The notes below the pieces were generated by a model. That model saw only the letters and a program-made list of their open reading frames with translations. It ran no database searches and had not been told where the DNA came from. This document shows positions 12,833 through 24,210 of a DNA stretch of 64,000 bases, piece after piece. Numbering within the stretch: the stretch's first letter is position 1; each line of letters starts with the position of its first letter. This DNA comes from Octopus sinensis (Eukaryota). The stretch lies in assembly GCF_006345805.1 (NCBI RefSeq), contig NC_043016.1, positions 25,482,001 through 25,546,000 of the forward strand, in the 5' to 3' direction. The translations under genes were made by a program, and so were the position numbers.

Positions 12833-13010
12833 TTTTTCCTCTGTCTTCCCTTCTTGGGATCTTTCCTTCTCCTTGTTTTCGACGAAGAGCTCCGCTCGAA
12901 ACGTTAAAACCCTCCTTCCCTTCTTTCCTGAGCGTCAATAATACTTTAATTGTTCCGTCCTGCGTTGTGTGTTTTTTTCTCTTTTTTCTGGTTTTTCTTG
13001 TTTGGATTAA
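12833..13010 (+). mobile_element. Family A repeat, best-preserved copy, with hammerhead-like motif at 12875-12910
   Basis: gtttt-cgacga-a-GAGC-tcc-GCTC-GAAA-cgtt-aaaac; ends in (TA)n. Confidence 0.7.
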
Positions 13011-13013
13011 CTA

Positions 13014-13076
<63 letters not shown>

Positions 13077-13263
13077 ATATATACATATATATACGTACAT
13101 ATATATATATGTATGTACATATATATATATATGTATATATGCATACATATATATATATTATTTATATTATATGATTGAATGCCACACATCCATTTCCAAG
13201 TAAGTTTATCTTATATATATGTGTGTGTGTGTGTTCATGTGTGTGCATATATGTGTTAAATGC

Positions 13264-13302
<39 letters not shown>

Positions 13303-13785
13303 TACATTCTTGCATACATAAATACATATATTGTTTAAAAAATATAGTTATTTAAAAAATTTATGAATCAAAAAATAAAACACGCACATACATACATAAA
13401 TACATACGTACATACATACATAAACACATTCATAATACATACATACATGCATACTTACACGTGCATGCATGTATGTATATAAGTATGTACGTACTTATGT
13501 ATGCACATATGTATGAATGAATGCATGTCTGTATGTATGCACACATATTCATACATATATATATGCATATATAATCATATTCATACTTGAATACATACAC
13601 ATAGTTATATACAAACATACATACATACATACATACATGCATACATACATGCATGCATATATACATACACATAAACACATATACATACATATGCACACAC
13701 ACATACACACACATACATACACATATGCATACATACATGCACACATACATATATACATACATACATATATACATACATACATCCC
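13010..13785. repeat. Compound (TA)n/(CATA)n/(CA)n microsatellite region
   Basis: Direct inspection. Confidence 0.95.
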
Positions 13786-14582
13786 TTTTGTCTATGTATG
13801 ATTATTCTGATTATTAACCCTTTTGCAAACCACAGATGCCTGGCTCCACTGTATAGCAACCACCACCATCACCACCACCACCACCACCTTGCCGCTGCCG
13901 ACCCCACTGCTGCTGCTGCTGGTGGTGTGCTTTAAATGGAAACCCAGCCGGAAAAAAAAAAAAGGAAGTGATAGCACACATATAAAAACGTTGAAAAAAA
14001 ATAAAATAAATCAAAAAAAAAAGACCTTGATTGCTGCCACCTGTTTAGGTCTTGAATGGTTTTTAAAGAAAAATATGAGCAAGCGGAAGTTTTAGAAATG
14101 TCACTTCACTGTCTTCCTCCATCATGAATGAGAGTTTAGTTGATCAAAGTTATTAAATCTCATAAAAATGTAATAAATATTTCTGCAGAAAAGGAAGTAG
14201 GAGTCTATTGTATGTCTGCTGGTTAGTCAAAGTATTTATAAAATCCATTCTTTACAACCTTAGATTAATTCTTTTTTTCCTGCGGATTATGATTTGTCCA
14301 CTTTTTTTTTGGTCTTGTTTTGTTTTTATTTAAAAATTTTTCTTTTTTTTTTATATCCTCCCACTCACCCTCTTCCTCTCTTTTCTCTAAATTGCATTTG
14401 CTTTGCTGTGGGTGATGGTTCAAGTCATGTCTGTGTAAAAAAAATAAGGCTGATACTATAAGATTCATCATCCTCGTCATCATCATTTAACATTCATCTT
14501 CCATGCTAGCATGGGTGAGATGGAACCACAAGAGCCGGCCAGGCCGAAGCTTGCACCAGACTCCTGTATTAATGTTGCTGAA

Positions 14583-14618
<36 letters not shown>

Positions 14619-15029
14619 AGTGTCTATATGCATTTGTGTACGTGTGTGTATATGAGGTTTGGTTGGTGTATATGACAGATATGGTTTATACCATTCTTCT
14701 TGAACATTTGCACATCAATGGCTGGGAGAACACACACACAGATATGCACACACATACCCTCCCCCCCACAAACACACACACACATACACATGTACAGATA
14801 CAAAATCCACTGGATTTAGTGAATATTGAAGGTACAGAAAAACACCCAGGTACACTCTGTTAGTGGTTGGCATTAGGAAGGGCATTCAGCCATAAAAACA
14901 ATGCCAAAGCAGACAATAGAGCTTGGTGCAAACCTTAAACATCGCAGCTCCTGTCAAGCCATCCAATCCATGCTGGCATGGAAAGCAGATAATAAATGAT
15001 TATGATGATGACAATGATGATGATGAGCA

Positions 15030-16557
15030 GTGAAATCTTGCATGAATTTCAACTTTTCTTATTAATAACTACATTGTTTCCTTCCAGGTTGACTGACATC
15101 TGACTGTTCAAAGAAGACTTCGAAAGTAAATAGTGATGACTTCTCTTGAAAATAACACAAAATTTGGCATCATGCTGTTATCAAAGTACCTGCAGAAAAA
15201 GGGTTTATCCCTCACCCACCACCCCCGGGACATTCAAGCTGACATGGTAGCTACATAAGGGGATGATACTCTAGCTTTATCAACAGTGCAAAAGTGAGCA
15301 GCTGAATTTAGGAGTGGGAAGGAGAGTGTTATAAATGAACCAAGGTCTGACCATCCAGCAATTGCCACCACCAGCAAAAACATTGATTGTATTCTACATT
15401 TGATGATGGAAGGCAGGCAATTGATCAAATAGCCAATGCTATTAGCATATCCTGTGAGAGTGGAAGCACATGGCCTAGTGGTTAGAGCAGCACACTCATG
15501 GTCAAGGGATCGCGGTTTCAAATCTCGGACCGGGTGATGTGTGTGTTTATGAGCGAAAACACCTAAGCTCCACGCAGCTCCAGCAGAAGGTAATGGCGAA
15601 TTTCTGCTGACTCTTTCGCCACAACTTTCTCTCACTCTTTCCTCCTGCATCTTGCAGCTCCCCTGCGATGGACCAGCATCCCATCCAGGTGGGGAACCTA
15701 TATGCCAAGGAAACCGGGAAACTGGCCCTTATGAACCAGGCATGGCTCGAGAAGAAAGAACATATCCTGTGAGAGAGTTGAGAATATTCTGCACAATAAA
15801 CTCAACATGACAAAGGTTGTCTGCTTGGTGGATGCCACATCTTCTGACACCTAATCAAAAGTGCACCAGGCTGATCACATGACAGGAAAATCTGATATTG
15901 GTTGATGCTGATCCAGTTAATTTCCCAAATCAGAATGAGTGTTGGCTTCATCATTGTAAGCCAAAGACAAAAATATAATCCTGGCACCCCTTCTTTCTTG
16001 TTCCAAAGAAGGCTCAGGTCATTTCATCTGCAGGAAAGATGATGCGCTCAGTTTCTTGGAATGCAAAAGGCATTGCGTTTATTGACTATCTACAAAAAGA
16101 CCACTCCATTAATGGAGAGTATTTTGCCAACTTGCTGAGGTAGCTATGAGAGGCTATCAAAGCCAAATGTTCAGGAAAACTGACAAGAGGAGTTTTGTTT
16201 CATCAGGTCATTGCTCCAGCACACAAGTCATTGGTTGCAATGGCTGCTGTGCATGACTGAGGCTTTGAGCTAGTGGATCATCTTCCCTACTCTCTTGTTT
16301 TGGCCACATCTGATTATCATCTGTTCCACAACAGGAAGAAACACTTGGCTGGCATGATGATGTCATGTCTGCTGTTGGTGATTTTTTTATCAAGAGGATG
16401 AAAGCTTTTTTTGACCAACAGGATGAATGGGATCCAAGCACTGCAACACTAGTGTGTGGACCATAAGGAGGACAATGTTGAAAAATAAACCTCATTTGGT
16501 CACATTCCATGAGAATATCTTGGTCAGACTATGAACTTTTCAGCCAACCTTTGTATA
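15030..16557 (+). mobile_element. Degraded mariner transposon (transposase pseudogene plus 3' TIR), interrupted by a SINE
   Basis: AWWMPHLLTP (WVPxxL motif), GKMMRSVSWNAKGIAFIDYLQK...NGEYFANLL, GVLFHQ, DHLPYS. The 3' end gaacttttcagccaacctttgTA is the TIR followed by TA. Stops are present. Confidence 0.9.
15461..15760 (+). mobile_element. tRNA-derived SINE (S4-related subfamily) with a 15-bp target-site duplication
   Basis: CATATCCTGTGAGAG at both 15446-15460 and 15761-15775. A box tggcctagtgg and B box ggtttcaaatc. A sister copy lies at 21718-21985 (-). Confidence 0.92.
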
Positions 16558-16770
16558 AAAGATAGAAAGAAAAGAAACAAATGGATTGATGATATTGAAG
16601 TGAAAGTATTTTATCAAATGTCTTCTGTACATCAATGAATGCTGAAAATAATCTATTGTGTCATAAGTTAATTGTGTTATCACTTGATGATACAATTAAT
16701 AGTGATAGTGTATGGCAGCCATTGGATATGATGCTTTTCTGTGTCAATGGATGCCAGATATAGTGTTTGT

Positions 16771-17016
16771 GGAGGCACATGGCTTAGTGGTTAGGGTGTT
16801 GAACTCATGATCGTAAGGTTGTGGTTTCGATTCCTGGACCGGGTGATGCGTTATGTTCTTGAGCAAAACACCTCATTTCACATTGCTCTAGTCCACTCAG
16901 CTGGCAAAAATGAGTAATCCTGTGATGGACCGGCGTCCCATCCAGGTGGGGAATTTCTATGCCACTGAAACCGGGAAACTGGCCCTTATGAGCCTGGCAT
17001 GGCTCGAGAAGGAACA
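16771..17016 (+). mobile_element. tRNA-derived CORE-like SINE S4
   Basis: A box tggcttagtgg, B box ggtttcgattcc, CORE-like ttcttgagcaaaacac. Shares its 3' tail with 15461-15760. Relatives at 38477-38700, 43595-43915 and 59781-60120. Confidence 0.85.
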
Positions 17017-17206
17017 TTTATTTATTTTTTTTAGATATAGTGTTTAGTTTTTAGCCAAGTATTTCTCTGGCAGTTGTCTTACTATGGAGATAGCATCCAT
17101 GGTGCCAGGTCTATCTTGTCATGGATCAATTATGTTTGACTTTCTCCATGACTTTCATTATCTCATCTAGTAATTTGATTCCTCTACAGTTGCTTCTTTT
17201 TAGCCA

Positions 17207-17427
17207 TTTAACACTTAATCCAGCCATATTCAGCCCAGATATTCTACCTGTTTTATGTTAAAACTGACCTGATCCGTCTTCTTACACCTATCCTACAATG
17301 TCATTCTAAAAATAAATAATCACATTATCAAAATCTTGAAGTTACAAGATAATGCATGATTAATTCAAAATAGCATGAATAAATAAGCATTATATTTGAC
17401 AAAGTAATGTGAATACTAAAGGACTAA
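17207..17427. mobile_element. MITE family M2
   Basis: Homologous to 5897-6098 and 56638-56851. Confidence 0.7.
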
Positions 17428-17520
17428 GGCATCTCCTTTAACTTTGTAGCAGTTTATGGTAATACACCAGTCATTGGGTATGACAGCTTCCTGTTAAAAT
17501 CTGTTTATATATTTAGAAGT

Positions 17521-17684
17521 AGGCACAGGAGTGGCTGTTTGGTAAGTAGCTTGCTTACCAACCACATAGTTCCGGGTTCAGTCCCACTGCGTAGCACCTT
17601 GGGCAAGTGTCTTCTACTATAGCCTCAGGCCGACCAAAGCCTTGTGAATGGTAGACGGAAACTGGAAGAAGCCCATCGTATATA

Positions 17685-17756
<72 letters not shown>

Positions 17757-17972
17757 TGTGTCTGTGTTTGTCACCCCAACATCGCTTGATAACCGATGCT
17801 GGTGTGTTTACATCCCTGTAAATTAGCGGTTCAGCAAAAGAGACCAATAGAATAAGTACTAGGCTTACAAAGAATAAGTCCTGAGGTCGATTTGCTTGAC
17901 TAAAGGCAGTGCTCCAGCATGGCCACAGTCAAATGACTGAAACAAGTAAAGGAGTAAAAGAATAAAAGAGTA
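17521..17972 (+). mobile_element. Full-length SINE S1: tRNA-like head, internal (TG)n, 3' tail
   Basis: Head with B box ggttccgggttcagtccc and CORE-like accttgggcaagtg, then (TG)n, then the tail ...gactgaaacaagtaaaggagtaaaag. Confidence 0.9.
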
Positions 17973-18194
17973 ACCCTCTTTATTCAAGTATCATCTGTAT
18001 GAAATGCAGACACCTCAGCTGAGTCTGCCTTAAGCAATGTCTGGTTCTTCTCTTTTGCCAAACTGCTAAGTAACAGAGATGAAAACAAACTAACACCAAT
18101 TGTCAAGCAGTATCGAAGATAAACACACACACACACACATACACACACACACCTAACACACACCACCACCACCACCACCACATACACACGCTCA

Positions 18195-18357
18195 CACACA
18201 CACACACACAGTTTATATCTACTAAATTTACTCACAAGGCATTGGTCAGCCTGGAGCTACAGTAGAAGACACTTGCCCAAGGTACCATTCAGTGGGACTG
18301 AACCCCAAATCAAACGGTTGCAAATGAATTTTTTAACCACACAGCTATGCCTGTGCC
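18195..18357 (-). mobile_element. SINE S1 5' half
   Basis: Reverse complement of the S1 head. Confidence 0.8.
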
Positions 18358-18494
18358 TATATATAAAAAAATTTCCCTCAATCCATGCCTAAATATAAAT
18401 AGACAGAACCCTTGTGATCACTATAACTAAGTGGCTCTCCTGGTAAATATATTTTCTCAATACAGCCAGATGGCATCCAGAGACAAGGCTTCTT

Positions 18495-18772
18495 TTATAT
18501 TATTTATATTATTTACATTTGATGGATATTTGTCCTCATCTTGTTTGTTGTTAACACATTTCGGCTGATATACCCTTCAGCCTTCATCAGATGTCTTGGG
18601 GAAATTTCGAACCTGGGTTCTCATTCCTAAGGTATTTTTCGATGTTATTATTATTATTATCATTATCATTATTATCATTATTATTACTATCATTATTCAG
18701 GTCAATGCCTAGAATCAAACTCGGAATCTTGGGGTTAGTAGCCCACACTCTTAACCACTACACCATATGCCC
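18495..18772 (-). mobile_element. Composite SINE: tRNA-like head, (AAT)n, and a tail with a hammerhead core
   Basis: Minus strand: gggcataTGGTGTAGTGGttaag...gagtttgattc (A and B boxes), then (aat)n, then CTGATGA-a-GGCTG-aagggtatat-CAGCC-GAAA at 18589-18559. Confidence 0.75.
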
Positions 18773-18774
18773 AT

Positions 18775-18814
18775 GATTCCAGGCAGTGACCTGAATAATA
18801 ATAATAATAATATA

Positions 18815-18871
<57 letters not shown>

Positions 18872-19100
18872 TAATATAATAATAATAATAATACACTCGG
18901 CGAGAAACGGAAGAAATTTGAAGAAAGAAGGAAAAAACATAATAATAATAATAATAATAACAACAACATCGAAAAATACCTTAGGAATGAGAAATTTCCT
19001 CAAGACACCTAATGAAAGCTGGATGGTATATCAGCCGAAATGTGTTAACAACAAACAAGTTGAGGACAAATATCCATTAAATGTAAATAATATAAATAAT
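18775..19100 (+). mobile_element. Inverted, 5'-truncated second copy of the composite SINE
   Basis: Starts inside the B box (gattccaggcagtgacctg), then (aat)n, then ctaatga-a-agctg...cagcc-gaaa-tgtgttaacaacaaacaag. Confidence 0.75.
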
Positions 19101-19451
19101 GTACATAATTCCTCTTGTCTTAAATATAAAACTGTATTAAGGCTTCTTTTATCCAGAGCCAGAAAATTTAAACTCCATCTTCACACCATCACAATAACAG
19201 CTACAAACTCCCTATAAACCTCATAGGAGACCTACAAAAGATTGGTAGAATCCATGTCTGATTTCTTAATGTATATCATTTGTATGCCAGTGTTGGTATT
19301 TCTTTTTGTTGACTGAAGTGGAACCTGTGATTACTTAATATTTATACATCGTTTTAATTTCTTTACAATGTCTTTTATGTGTGTCTTGAATGTTAAGGAA
19401 GAGTTTCTTGTAACACTGAGTATTATTGTTTTCTGTATGTGTATGGCATTT

Positions 19452-19679
19452 TTTATCTTTTACTTGTTTCAGTTACTAGACTGCAGCCATGCTGAGGCCC
19501 CATCTTGAATTCTTAGGGTTGAATGAATCGACCCCACCCCCAACAACAACCAGTACTTCTTTCTTTTTTGTAAGAAGAGGTACTTATTCTATTGGTTTCT
19601 TTTGCCAAACCACTAAGTTACTGGGACACAAACACTTCAACAATTGTTGTCAAGTGATGATGAGAGGAAAATGCAGACA

Positions 19680-19719
<40 letters not shown>

Positions 19720-19877
19720 GGGCTTCTTTCAGTTTCCGTCTACCAAATCCACTCAGAGGGTTTTGGTAGGACCAAGGTTATGGTAGAAGTCACTTACCCA
19801 AGGTGCCACACACTGGGACTGAACTCAGAACCATGTGGTTAGGAAGCAAGCTTCTTACCACACCCATGGCTATGCCT
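19452..19877 (-). mobile_element. SINE S1, near full length
   Basis: Reverse complement of 17521-17972 architecture, with (CA)n inside. Confidence 0.85.
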
Positions 19878-20224
19878 AAAAAAAATTATCTGTCAGAAGT
19901 GGGATGTTTACATTATTGAATGTGGGATGTTTCATTGTTGAATATTGGGGCATACATAATAATATACTACAATAATGTCTCCCTGATTGTATGGAAAGTG
20001 GAACACCAATGTAGATGACAAAAGGAAGAACAGTGTTAATATAGAAGGATAAAGAAAGCAGAAAGGAAGTCAATAATTATAGGCCTCTATGTTTAACTAT
20101 TATTGCTCTGGAAATTGCTAACTGGTCTCTGGGCAGATGAATTATGTAGCCTTTCTGGGGGAGAAACTTACTTTAAGAGTGAAGGGGGATGGAGAAAGAA
20201 ATCAATGTGAACTATTTTTTGTCT

Positions 20225-20570
20225 TTTATCTTTCATTTTGCTTCAGTCATTTGACTGCAGCCTTGCTGGGGCACCATCTTTCAAGGGTTTTAGTCAAACT
20301 TATCAACCCCAATACTTTTTTTTTTTAAAGCCTGGGACTTATTCTATCAAGTGCTTGTAGGGAACAAATACAAAGACACACACACACACACATTTACATA
20401 CATACATATGATGGGCTTCTTTCAGTTTCCATCAACCAAATCCATTTGCAAGGCTTTGGTTGACCCGAGGTTATAGTAGAAGACTCTTACCCAAGGTGCC
20501 ACACAGTGGGACCGAACTGAGAACCATATAGTTGGGAAGCAAACTTCTTACCCCACAGCCACACCTGAGC
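20225..20570 (-). mobile_element. SINE S1 with internal deletion
   Basis: S1 tail, then (CA)n, then S1 head, all in reverse orientation. Confidence 0.8.
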
Positions 20571-20669
20571 TTATATATTATTGGTTTATTCTATATTGAT
20601 GCCAGGATATTAAAAGAGGCACAAATAAGGCAGAACTGGCCTTTGTGTTGGCTCCCTTTAGAATGTCTT

Positions 20670-20915
20670 CATTGGTTCCATGGTCTTGCCAGTATGTTCT
20701 CATGATGTTCTTTCCTGGAGTTTAAAAAGGCCCTTGAGTCAAGTAAGATTTTCAGGTTCCTTGCTCTCTCGGACAAGCAATGTTTACATACTTTGCTCCT
20801 GTTGAGATATGGCCCCAGCTGTTCAAAGAGCTGCCATCTAATTATGTATGGCATGCCTTCCTCTTTTAAATGCCATGCATAGCTGGGTGTGGATGTGATG
20901 TTGCACCTCTCCAGC
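20670..20915 (-). mobile_element. Penelope-like element endonuclease C-terminal fragment
   Basis: STPSYAWHLKEEGMPYIIRWQLFEQLGPYLNRSKVCKHCLSE...LNSRKE resembles the S-x-x-S-x-Y-x-W-x-LK...W...PY...C-x2-CL-x-EK...LN-x-R-x-E region downstream of PLE GIY-YIG domains. Recognised from memory. Confidence 0.65.
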
Positions 20916-20949
20916 ATCATGTATATTTGTATATGTATATGCATATACA

Positions 20950-21590
20950 TACATGATGGCTGCCCCCTCGTTATCGAGTATGGCCATTGCACGAAGCTTA
21001 ACTGTTATTGGTGCTGTGATTGAATGTGACTTTAATTTGTTTTTTAAGGCGACAGCCAGCCATTCAGTTGAGACTCACAGCACCATCAACAATCATGAAC
21101 AATGTTGTTATCATGCAATGCCTGTGCAGGAAGATTTTTTTTAAAGTGAGGAAAGGCTGTGCACTTATTCAATCCCACTCACTAAGCAACAGCAGCCATA
21201 ATCCGAAAAGAAGAACAAGTCAACATCATCAGTAACCACTGAGCTGCAGGTTTTATGTCGGAGTTATCCCAGTCACCTGAGTTACCTTCTCCTAGAAGGA
21301 TGCCCTAACAAAGGCTAGGAGTCCTTCACTCCCAATGGTTTAACAGTCCAATTATTTCTATGTCCCCGCGCATGATACAGCCTTAAGACATTTATTGGAT
21401 GGCCATTGACTCTCAAGAATTCCTCTGCCCTTTGTCGAGTATTATTTTTCATCCCGCAGGGTGTCCAATAAACACCCTCCTCACCAAGCAAGCTTGGTGG
21501 GGTTGCCGGTTTAGTCGCCGACAACCCGACCATGCAACAGGTTGTACTGGGTTACATGTTACCTGTAGCACTTGAAAGTGACCTGACATA
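20950..21590 (-). mobile_element. ~650-bp non-autonomous retroelement embedded in (TATG)n
   Basis: Reverse-complement homolog of 52211-52862 over its full length, with the same termini (tgtcaggtcac...gggggcagccatca). Confidence 0.85.
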
Positions 21591-21610
21591 TACATACATA
21601 CATGTATGTA

Positions 21611-21715
<105 letters not shown>

Positions 21716-21717
21716 TG

Positions 21718-21985
21718 TTTGTTCCTTCTTGAGCCATGCCTGGCTCTTATGGCCGGTTTCCCGGTTTCTTTGGTATATAGGTTCCTCACCTGGATGGGAT
21801 GCTGGTCTGTCACAGATGAGCTGCAAGATGCAGGAGGAAAGAGTGAGAGAAAGTTGTGGTGAAAGAGTCAGCAGAAGTTCGCCATTACCTTCTGCCGGAG
21901 CCATGTAGAGCTTAGATGTTTCGTTCAAGTACACACACATTGCCTGGTCTGAGATTCGAACCCGCGGTCGAGGGATCGTGGCACA
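21718..21985 (-). mobile_element. SINE, sister of 15461-15760
   Basis: Reverse complement homology, including ctgctgactctttc...ctcctgcatcttgcagctc. Confidence 0.85.
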
Positions 21986-23044
21986 CGCGCACACACACAC
22001 ACACATATGTACATGTATGTATGTATATACTTATACATACATACATACATATATATATAAATATATATTATATGTATAGTCACCATCTATCAAATCCACT
22101 CACATGGCTTTGGCTGGCCTGAGGCTATATTAGAAGACATTTGTCAAAGGTACTGCATTTTGAGACTGAACCGAAGACCATGAGGTTGGGAAACAAATTT
22201 CTTAACCATACAATCACATCTGTGCCTCTTGTATTTACTGTAATGTATGAACTCAAAGAGAAGGCGTGAGAGAGGAAAAAACATGAGAGCGAAGGAGAGA
22301 AAAAAGGAGAAATATATATATATATATATAGGGAGAGAGAGAGAGAGAGAGAGAGTATTTAGACAGTTTCAAATGAATGATGTGATAAATCTATAATAAT
22401 GTTGAGTTTATAGTATACAGACAAGGAGATAACTGCAAACCAAATTTAAAGCACTATGTCACCACGTCTGTATTGCTAGCATTAGATAGCATAGTTACTC
22501 ACTCACAACGGTTGTGTAATTAATGCCATTCCCACCAGAAATTAGAATAATTTCATCATTCTCAAATAAATTCTCATGGCAAAAATAAATAAATAAAAAT
22601 TTTTTTCTTGCAATGTCATTATTTTTAATTAGCTAATCAGTAAGTTATTTTCACATACATATACAAAAGTAATATATGTTTTAGGTCATTCTGTGATCCC
22701 TGTAGTTACGCATTGCATGCTTACAAATCTTTACTGAAGAGGTCTAATGAGGTAGAAATGTATCTGGAATTATCTCTATTGCTACCAAAGATCAAACTCT
22801 CACCTGCACATCTATCTCCATTTAATTTCCATTCAATTAGAATTTCAGTGTTCTGTCCCCTTAATTCTTTGAGAGGAGTTTTCATGAATGCTATTTAAAG
22901 CTTTTCTTCCCTTAACATTAATCCCTTTATTACTGTATTTCTGTGTAATACAATGCCTTTCTTTCAATTAACTTTGAAAATAATGAAGAATTTAGGGGAA
23001 AAATTTTGCTGTTTTAAGTATGTTTGTAAGTTATTACTCAGTTT

Positions 23045-23490
23045 TATTTCAAGATTTCTTGCCAATAGAGAAAGAGCTGGTGTCTAACCTTAATCCAAGG
23101 GTCCTTCATTGGAATTTCAACAACATCAATGAGATATTTTAGTATGTATATGTGTATATGTACAGTATTTGGAGTCAGTACATGTGCAGATTTGTATGTT
23201 TTGTTTTATGCATGTATTTTCATGTGTAAAGTTTCATGTCTAGATATATGCATACATACTAAAATGATAAATTTCTGGAAAGTTTTACAAATTTTAACAG
23301 TTCCATTGATGACTTGGATCTGTAGTCATCAAATCAGCTTTCTCCTTTCTGGTTTCAAGAAGCCTAATTTCTCAAGATTGGTGCTTAGGCAAAGTGTACC
23401 ATATCCCAGTACCCCAATAATCACAAGTGTAAATCTGAACTTGTAATCTATGTAGAGTAACTGTAGATTTCTCAATAGTTCAGCATACAT
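23045..23490 (-). mobile_element. RLE retrotransposon family B, 3' end plus 3' UTR
   Basis: YAELLRNLQLLYIDYKFRFTLVIIGVLG...LEKLGFLKPERRKLI**LQIQ...GTVKICKTFQKFI. Homologous to 47935-48262 and 50524-50600. Confidence 0.85.
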
Positions 23491-23514
23491 ACATAAATAT
23501 ATATATATATATAT

Positions 23515-23715
23515 TTTTTTTACTTGTTTCAGTCATTATTTGACTGTGGCCATGCTGGAGCACTGCCTTTAGTTGAGCAAGTCAACCCCAGGACTTATTC
23601 TTTGTAAGCCTAGTACTTATTCAATCATTTTTTTTTTGCCGAACCGCTACGTTACAGGAATGTAAACACACCAGCATTGGTTGTCAAGCAATGTTGGGGG
23701 GACAAATACTGACAC
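23515..23715 (-). mobile_element. SINE S1 3' tail
   Basis: Reverse complement of the 17755-17972 tail. Confidence 0.8.
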
Positions 23716-23736
23716 ACACACATACACACACATATG

Positions 23737-23782
<46 letters not shown>

Positions 23783-23984
23783 TGTGTGTTTTACGAGTTT
23801 TTGAAATTTAGGTGCATTTTCAACAACACATTTTCTCTATATTTTTTCCTACGTGGAAACACCACCCTCTCTTTTGTTATATATGTGGGTGGGTGGGTGG
23901 GTGTGTGTGTGTGTGTGTGTGTGTGCATGCGTGCGTGCGTGCGTGCGTGTGTGTGTGTGTGTATGTATGTGTATATATGTGTGT

Positions 23985-24210
23985 GCGTCTTTGTGTCTGT
24001 GTTTGTCCCCCCCTCCATCACCACTTGACAACCGGTGTTGGTGTGTTTACATCCCCTTAACCTTGTGGTTTGGCAACAGAAACCAATAGAAGAAGTTCTA
24101 GACTTAAAAAATAAGTACTGGGGTTGATTCATTTGACTAAAAACTCAAGGTGGTGTCCCAGCGTGGCCAGAGTTTAATGACTGAAGCAGGTTAAAGATAA
24201 AAGATAAAAG
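23985..24210 (+). mobile_element. S1-related SINE 3' tail
   Basis: tgtttgtcccccc...cttgacaaccggtgttggtgtgtttacatcccc...gactgaagcaggttaaagataaaag. Confidence 0.8.

Noticed and set aside
18698-18772. tRNA gene (apparent ACT anticodon loop)
   Set aside because: The acceptor stem is incomplete, the B box is decayed, and it is fused to (AAT)n and a repeat tail. It is a SINE head. The same applies to the heads at 15461, 16771, 17521 and 59781.
19230-19440. Penelope RT fragment next to the inverted SINE pair
   Set aside because: No frame gave a motif I could recognise with confidence.
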